DNA from: a virus
Length of the DNA: 64,000 bases
Reading direction: 5' to 3' (one strand)
Virus record (IMG/VR): IMGVR_UViG_3300031553_000354
Location: 8,787-72,786 of that record
This document shows, one piece after another, positions 57,991-64,000 of this stretch (position 1 is the first letter of the stretch; every line of letters starts with the position of its first letter). A program made the translations under genes and the position numbers. The notes under the pieces are model-generated. The model saw nothing but the letters and a program-made list of their open reading frames with translations. It did no database searches and had not been told where the DNA came from.

Positions 57991-58817
57991 TGAATACAAC
58001 TCTTAATACATTACTTGATAAGTATCCTTCATGGATGCGACTGCGAAAATCAGGAGATCCTATTCGGGGGATTTTCGAGTCTTTAGGAATTCATTTACTT
58101 AATCTTGAAAGAGGAAATAGGCGATCATATTACAGCAGTTTTTTGGTCACAAGCGATGTAGATGCTGATTCCAATTATAACATGTATTATGTTCTTTCGG
58201 GCGACATCAATGAACTGAGTATAATTTCAGGTTATTATGATACTATGGATGCAACTGGCGAAATAGACCTTGTGGAACTAAATGAGGATGAAACCGAAAA
58301 TTATTATCCCACTCGCGGATTTGCGATGGAAAAAATTCCATTGTCGGAATCTGGATATATCCTGGGACTTTGCTATTTGGATGAGATCATATCAGGCACA
58401 TTGTTAATTAGCTATGATCAATGCTATTCAATATATTCTTTAGATGAAAATTATGATTCTTTTGATAGTGTTTCATATTGCCTGGCTACAGCGGAATTTT
58501 ATCCGGAATTTGAGCCGCTTTCTGGAGATTTATATAAAGCCAATTTATTTCATAAACCATTAACTTATGAATTCAAAGATATATACGATAAAGATGTTCC
58601 AATTAGTGGTATTTTTGTAGAAGGGCAACATGCATTTATTTTTGAAAATGATTTACAAGGTTATGGTAGAATCTTGGCCCATATGACTTATGAACTATGT
58701 GCATGTCCTTATCGAATTAAAACTGATATGTATCGATGGCAGTATTTCCTAGAATCTGAAATGCCGGATATATTGCTGGCTAATTACATAGCGATTTCGG
58801 GGTCAGAATTATGTTAG
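57987..58817 (+). CDS. Structural protein paralogous to the N-terminal half of 55277
   Basis: LLDKYPSWM vs LIDKHFEYPRWM; LCYLDEIISG vs ICYVDDLSG. Confidence 0.55.
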   Translation: MMNTTLNTLLDKYPSWMRLRKSGDPIRGIFESLGIHLLNLERGNRRSYYSSFLVTSDVDADSNYNMYYVLSGDINELSIISGYYDTMDATGEIDLVELNEDETENYYPTRGFAMEKIPLSESGYILGLCYLDEIISGTLLISYDQCYSIYSLDENYDSFDSVSYCLATAEFYPEFEPLSGDLYKANLFHKPLTYEFKDIYDKDVPISGIFVEGQHAFIFENDLQGYGRILAHMTYELCACPYRIKTDMYRWQYFLESEMPDILLANYIAISGSELC

Positions 58818-59785
58818 AAAGTGGCGTATATTTAACCTGGAACAGAATATCATTTGAATTTTCAAACACCATTTCAGGAGATTACATTTATTTAAAATGT
58901 GATCCATATGATGTTTTGCCAGAAGAAGTTGCAAAGGTGGAATTTGATTATCAAACATTCCATTGCGAACAACATATTGGCGGAGAAGTTCATATTTTTG
59001 CTGATAATCTTCTTGAAGATTCTGTAAGATGTTTTATTCCAAATCCAAATAGTAATAATCCGATTTTTTATCAGCCGGAACTTAATTTTGTATATGATTC
59101 TGATGTTTCCGGATCAATTCCATTATACCCAATTGAATTTTCTGGAAGCTATTATCCGGATGACATGTATTTATATTTGCCAAATGATATTGATACGCAT
59201 TATATTACATACTATACTCAGGATTCCAAAACATATTATCCTAGAGGGAAATCGTCACATAAAGTTTGGCCGGATGTTGATTATACTTGGAATGCAGATT
59301 ATGAATTAAGGAATGGAATCGTATATCCTTCAACGATTTTGACCCTATGTGATCCAGATGAACATATAAATCGGATACTCACTTCAAGTCCGCAAAGCGC
59401 ATTTACAGTATATCAGCAAATCTATTTTTGCGGATCTGCGTTCGATATTAGAAATAGCAAATTTTTATTTATTAATCATAAAGGCCTGTTAGCGAGTGAA
59501 AGTGGAAAAAAATGGTATATCCGATATCCAGAAAAAGAAACAAGAACCGCGATTTTGAATTCTCAATCCGAGCAGACAATAAATGGAAAAGCGGCAGAAC
59601 TTAAAGAACTGCGGTGCTTTGAACCAAATTGGGATATCACTTTCCGAAGTATGGTTAATTATCAAAATTATGTTTTACTGGTGGGCGACTACGACGGAAA
59701 ATTATATTTGTTCATATTGGACCCAACCCAACTCCCCAAAATTATTAAGTGCATAGAGATCAGCAATTTAAGTAATGTTATATAA
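58811..59785 (+). CDS. Structural protein paralogous to the C-terminal half of 55277
   Basis: KCDPY vs NCRPW; KKWYIRYPE vs NRYYILTQE; YLFILDP vs MLIYYNP. Confidence 0.5.
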   Translation: MLESGVYLTWNRISFEFSNTISGDYIYLKCDPYDVLPEEVAKVEFDYQTFHCEQHIGGEVHIFADNLLEDSVRCFIPNPNSNNPIFYQPELNFVYDSDVSGSIPLYPIEFSGSYYPDDMYLYLPNDIDTHYITYYTQDSKTYYPRGKSSHKVWPDVDYTWNADYELRNGIVYPSTILTLCDPDEHINRILTSSPQSAFTVYQQIYFCGSAFDIRNSKFLFINHKGLLASESGKKWYIRYPEKETRTAILNSQSEQTINGKAAELKELRCFEPNWDITFRSMVNYQNYVLLVGDYDGKLYLFILDPTQLPKIIKCIEISNLSNVI

Positions 59786-59816
59786 AATGAAATTTGATTG
59801 GAAAAATGTGGGATTT

Positions 59817-59827
59817 GATAAATAATA
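59817..59827 (+). promoter_or_regulatory. Candidate promoter motif GATAAATAATA (copy 4)
   Basis: Intergenic; just upstream of the 59832/59838 start. Confidence 0.5.
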
Positions 59828-59831
59828 ATTA

Positions 59832-61520
59832 TTGAAAATGCAAGAAATAAATAGCTTTATTAAAGTTCCTATTTGGAACAGTTTTGACGAATTCGGTCTT
59901 CTTTTAGGCCTAGAACGGCTTCCTGGGGAAACTAATCGGGAATTTAGGATTAGGATTTATAATGTTGGTAAATACTTTGGTTCTCCCACAAAGCAAGGGA
60001 TAATCAATGCCGTCAGTGCTGAATTAGACTTAACTCGCTACTGTGCAACAGATAAGACTTTTTTCTTTCTCACATATCAACCACTTTTATGGGATCCGGA
60101 TACCAGGGAATCGCTGCCATTTAGAGTTTGGATAAATGGAGAGGAATGGCAAGATTATGATACAGATCCTTCATTAGATCGATATTTTAGGCTTTGGAAA
60201 TTGCCTAATGGAGAACCCACGAAGGTCGTAGAAATCAGTGAAGGATTTGTTAATGGCTGTAGCGTCAAAAGCGTTTATTATAGAATAGAAGACGATTCTG
60301 CTGCGCGCTGGGTTGATGAATCTGTTTATCCGAATGATAAAAAGTTTATTGCATATTATGAAGAAATCCCGGCATCTGGGCAAATTGAATTATTCGAATT
60401 AAATGATCCGGATTTTAAAAATGAGCATCTTTTAGATGAAAATGGTAATCCAAACCAAATTTATAAATCTCTTGTTGAAGAAATTCATCGGATTTATCCA
60501 ATATTATGGAATAAATTTATTTGGGATTATACAACATTTGATTGCGGCGATGAAAAGGTAACTGGACTTGAACATTTGCCATCAAGATTTGATGCATTGA
60601 GAACATATATAATGTCCGGAGATTTTATTTCCGGTGTAGGATATGGAACCGATTGCGCGACCCATGATAGCATTACACATATTGATTATGAACAAAAGGT
60701 TTTAATTCATCCCGGATATTTTACGTTATGTGATTATGAATTTTATTTATTTGGCTATAAATGTAGAGAACTGCCACCTATTACTGGGGGCGTTGAATTA
60801 TTTGAATTTAATGATCCAATAATCATAACTAATGTATCTGGACAATGCTATTGGAACGACAATTTTGCTGAACCTTGGACTGATTATAACATTGATGCCC
60901 ATTATTTGCATGTTCAAGATTTATCTGGATGTATCAGCGGCGATTGGGATCCCAATATGTGGGATGTGCCTTGGTTTACAATCGACAATTCAGGCGCCAT
61001 TGAAATAAGTGGAGATATACCATATGAGGATCATTATATTGAATATGGATGCTTGAGTGGAGATTATGAATGTGACATTGATTTTAATCCTTGCCATTTT
61101 GCAAATTTTACTGATAATTTCCTTGTAATTAGAACAGGACCGCTGGTTCCTGACACAATTGAAGTAACATATGCTGATTGGTATATAAAACGCAAATCTA
61201 ATGAATATGATACAAATACCAGCGGATGCTATCCAGATAATGATATTACTATCAGAGCCGATATATATGATAAATGGAGAGCTCCAATCAATGATCCATT
61301 TTATTCAGTAGAATTTTCTATATATTATAATGGTGGAGAAATTGACAATGCTACGGAAAATTTGTCAGATGATGGAAGCTGTTGGCATACATTTCATGAT
61401 TTAACAGAGCGAAATTTAGTAGACCCCCATGATTTCTTGGTGACTGTGACACTATTAAAGGATGCAGTTGCCACGAGTCTTAAAGGGTATCTAAATATAC
61501 CATTTGGGGTGGAAGCATAG
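59832..61520 (+). CDS. Baseplate wedge-type protein (tail protein I/gp7-like N-terminus)
   Basis: FDEFGLLLGLERLPGETNREFRIRI...PTKQGIINAV. Confidence 0.6.
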   Translation: MKMQEINSFIKVPIWNSFDEFGLLLGLERLPGETNREFRIRIYNVGKYFGSPTKQGIINAVSAELDLTRYCATDKTFFFLTYQPLLWDPDTRESLPFRVWINGEEWQDYDTDPSLDRYFRLWKLPNGEPTKVVEISEGFVNGCSVKSVYYRIEDDSAARWVDESVYPNDKKFIAYYEEIPASGQIELFELNDPDFKNEHLLDENGNPNQIYKSLVEEIHRIYPILWNKFIWDYTTFDCGDEKVTGLEHLPSRFDALRTYIMSGDFISGVGYGTDCATHDSITHIDYEQKVLIHPGYFTLCDYEFYLFGYKCRELPPITGGVELFEFNDPIIITNVSGQCYWNDNFAEPWTDYNIDAHYLHVQDLSGCISGDWDPNMWDVPWFTIDNSGAIEISGDIPYEDHYIEYGCLSGDYECDIDFNPCHFANFTDNFLVIRTGPLVPDTIEVTYADWYIKRKSNEYDTNTSGCYPDNDITIRADIYDKWRAPINDPFYSVEFSIYYNGGEIDNATENLSDDGSCWHTFHDLTERNLVDPHDFLVTVTLLKDAVATSLKGYLNIPFGVEA

Positions 61521-61531
61521 GGAGATTAATT

Positions 61532-61726
61532 GTGAAAAAAGAAACAATGCAGACTGTTACAATTAGCAAACATTGTAAGGTAATCTGGCCGATTGGAAAA
61601 CCTGGGCCACTTCATATTTGTGGGACCGATGAATATGGTAATTCCGAATGCATATTATTGACCGCTAAAGACGCAATCGAATTGAAAAATTTACTTATTA
61701 AACTGAAATGGCGTTTGAAGAAATAA
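61532..61726 (+). CDS. Small hypothetical protein
   Basis: GGGAG SD, GTG start, 64 aa. Confidence 0.5.
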   Translation: MKKETMQTVTISKHCKVIWPIGKPGPLHICGTDEYGNSECILLTAKDAIELKNLLIKLKWRLKK

Positions 61727-61738
61727 TTGTGAGATATA

Positions 61739-62884
61739 ATGTCAAATAGTTGCCCCATAATTACAGTTCAGGAAAAAGTTGAAAGAACGTGCATGGTCCC
61801 ATTAGCATTTGTATCGGGTGGCGAAGCGGTTCCTGGAACATCATCGTTTGGAATGGATCATACTAATGAAATATTTCAAAATGTTTCAGAAAAAACTGGG
61901 TTTTTTACTCTCGAAGCTATATTAGGACAATATATGGAATTGCCATATGATCAATATGGAGAACTGTTGGGCAAAAATTATCTTAATATGTTTATATTCA
62001 CTCCATATGCCATATTTGAAGGAGTAGAATATTCTGATGAATATAACAAGGTGATGCTCCCATATAAATATGAATTGCGGTATGATCATTTGGCTCGAAG
62101 TAAAAGTCCAGCCGCACACATTCGCATTTTCGATCATAATGGCAAAGAAATACCGAAAGAATATTATTTAATTTTGGTATTTAGTTCCCAACATTTTTCA
62201 GTATCGCCAGGTTCATTGGATCCGCGATCTTATGGCCCATTTATAACAGAAAAATCCCAAGTTGATTGTGCGAAAGCGCGAGCATGTCAGGGCAAAAATA
62301 TTTGGGGTGAAGATTGGGACACAAGTTCATATAGAGAACGCAGACTTTGGGAATATGCGCATCCGGAACTTGAAAGACCCCCAATAAGTGGAAACTTTCC
62401 TGCTGATGAGGCCGAAGGTTATTGGAATAGAATGGATGATGGTCGATATTCCGAAGCAGAATTTGAAGATATGTATGTTTCTGAAGATGGATATTGGGGG
62501 CAAATAATATCTGGAGATCATGTTATATATAATGGCATATATGACCGGGGTTCGGCAATATATCCCAATGCTTCAGGTCAAATCGGATATTTAACTTCAT
62601 ACAAATATCTTAGCGGAGATGATTATTACGAAGACAATACACCATACCGGATAATTTTATTACTACCAGAATTTTTATGCTTTCAAGATGGTTTGACAAT
62701 ATGGGTCGAATATAATAAATTTGTAAAATATAATGACGATGAAAAATTTGTTGAATTTTTCCATCCGGGTTATAGAGAAATCGTCAATCCGGAATTAATT
62801 ATTAAGCATAATATAGATTACACTTTTGCAATTGTTGATGGAAAATTAAGTGTTATTTGGAATAAAGAGGAATTTATAATATAA
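61739..62884 (+). CDS. Hypothetical structural protein
   Basis: 381-aa ORF in the tail operon. Confidence 0.6.
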   Translation: MSNSCPIITVQEKVERTCMVPLAFVSGGEAVPGTSSFGMDHTNEIFQNVSEKTGFFTLEAILGQYMELPYDQYGELLGKNYLNMFIFTPYAIFEGVEYSDEYNKVMLPYKYELRYDHLARSKSPAAHIRIFDHNGKEIPKEYYLILVFSSQHFSVSPGSLDPRSYGPFITEKSQVDCAKARACQGKNIWGEDWDTSSYRERRLWEYAHPELERPPISGNFPADEAEGYWNRMDDGRYSEAEFEDMYVSEDGYWGQIISGDHVIYNGIYDRGSAIYPNASGQIGYLTSYKYLSGDDYYEDNTPYRIILLLPEFLCFQDGLTIWVEYNKFVKYNDDEKFVEFFHPGYREIVNPELIIKHNIDYTFAIVDGKLSVIWNKEEFII

Positions 62885-62894
62885 TAGGAATCTG

Positions 62895-64000
62895 ATGGCT
62901 ACTTATTTCGTTCGAAAATCAATGGGTTCAGATGGCAATGACGGACAATCAAAAGAGCAGGCCTGGAAAACGCTAATCCGCGCACATGCTACAGTCTGCG
63001 CCGATGACACTGTTTATGTGGGAGCTGGAGATTATACCCTGTCTGGCGAAGCTGAAGATTTTGTTTGGATTGAATGTGGAACATGGGCCAATCCAGTTTA
63101 TTATATTGGAGATTATGATGGCGCCCAAACGGGAGATGCGGGAGAAATAAAAGCTGCATACGCATGTTTGGAGGGCGCTTGGGGAATCGTTGAAAATTTT
63201 GATTTTTGTGAATATCTCCAAGAAGGCATTATGTATTTTGGCACAATATATAATGGCGATGATGGAAAAGATCCAGATGATTGTAGAGGAAAATTCAAGG
63301 CATGCAAGATAGCAGAAAGATGTTATATCAATTCGGTCAGCACAATATTTGAAAATTGTTATATTGGTTATAAAGAAGCAGGAATAGAGTGCATATATGT
63401 AATAAATAATACAGCTTTTGATAAGGATATAACATTGACATTGAAGCATTGCACGGTAATTTCAACTGGTGCAAATCCAAATATTAGCTTTGCCGCAACT
63501 GATGGAGCATATCTATATTCAAAAAATAATTTATTTATCAATTTTAATCCGAACCCAGTTCCTTGGAGTGAGGGCATATATCGTTCACATAGTGCCAATT
63601 CGATTGTGTCCTATTCTGATTATAACCATTTTGAACATTATAGAGCGCTTCATTATTGGGTTAGGGCCCCTGGTTGGTATTATTCAGACTTGAAACATTG
63701 GCAGGATCGGACGGGGCACGATACGCATAGTACTGAAGGATGGGCATATCTGATGTCTTTCACTACATTCCCTGATGGATATAAATTGAAAGACGTGTCT
63801 CCATGTATTGGTACTGCTGCTGGCGGACTTTTATATGACGATATAGAAGGAAATGTTCGGGATGGCAGTGCTCCAGATAAAGGATGTTATGAATGGCAAG
63901 ATGAGCCGCTTAATTATATCAAAACATATTTCGTTAGGAAATCTGGGAATGATGCAAATGATGGGCTTTCTAAGGAAAATGCATTCCAGACATTGCTAGC
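62895..64000 (+). CDS. Partial right-handed beta-helix (pectin lyase-like) repeat protein, probable tail spike/depolymerase
   Basis: Open frame from ATG 62895 to the window end (not in the ORF track); MATYFVRKS.GSDGNDG..KEQAWKTL...DTVYVGAGDY; SPCIG...DIEGNVR...PDKGCYE; second TYFVRKSGNDANDG unit near 63925. Confidence 0.75.
   Translation, partial: MATYFVRKSMGSDGNDGQSKEQAWKTLIRAHATVCADDTVYVGAGDYTLSGEAEDFVWIECGTWANPVYYIGDYDGAQTGDAGEIKAAYACLEGAWGIVENFDFCEYLQEGIMYFGTIYNGDDGKDPDDCRGKFKACKIAERCYINSVSTIFENCYIGYKEAGIECIYVINNTAFDKDITLTLKHCTVISTGANPNISFAATDGAYLYSKNNLFINFNPNPVPWSEGIYRSHSANSIVSYSDYNHFEHYRALHYWVRAPGWYYSDLKHWQDRTGHDTHSTEGWAYLMSFTTFPDGYKLKDVSPCIGTAAGGLLYDDIEGNVRDGSAPDKGCYEWQDEPLNYIKTYFVRKSGNDANDGLSKENAFQTLL

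Larger units (their letters stand above)
1..64000 (+). mobile_element. Segment of a large myovirus-like phage genome (virion morphogenesis region plus accessory genes)
   Basis: Co-oriented terminase, portal, prohead protease, major capsid, sheath, tube and baseplate J genes; no cellular housekeeping genes; very high coding density on one strand. Confidence 0.95.

Noticed and set aside
1558-63598. Numerous short minus-strand and nested plus-strand ORFs in the track
   Set aside because: They lie within long, motif-bearing plus-strand genes and show no recognisable motifs; treated as shadow ORFs
1-64000. CRISPR arrays, tRNA/rRNA genes, diversity-generating retroelement repeats
   Set aside because: No spaced direct repeats, cloverleaf sequences, reverse transcriptase or TR/VR pairs seen; intergenic space is minimal (by-eye inspection only)

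Overview
This window is a 64 kb, AT-rich, essentially all plus-strand segment of a large (probably jumbo) contractile-tailed phage. In order it holds: a glycosyltransferase/methyltransferase cluster; a RecU-like resolvase, nucleases, a lysozyme-like protein and an AAA+ ATPase; a block of small basic Gly-rich proteins with one intact and one decayed LAGLIDADG homing endonuclease; a trypsin-like protease and a ubiquitin-like protein abutting the terminase; portal, prohead protease/scaffold, capsid and neck genes; sheath, three tube paralogues and tail chaperones; three giant proteins of about 2000-2400 aa; and baseplate/receptor-binding genes. The main finding is the 2010-aa ORF (40608-46640). 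It carries motifs of both barrels of a two-barrel RNA polymerase in one chain (K-x6-KG...VDAVL and RxP...DYDGD), fused to an apparently intact DEDDh 3'-5' exonuclease, and sits in the tail module, suggesting a virion-packaged RNAP with its own exonuclease. Other notable signals: strong Ser-Gly enrichment in baseplate proteins alongside phage-encoded glycosyltransferases (possible virion glycosylation), an intergenic GATAAATAATA motif found four times, an ATT-initiated portal, an Ig domain split by an inserted gene, and an intein plus a degenerate Cas4-like domain in the tape-measure-position protein. All calls come from motif reading by eye; no database searches were run.
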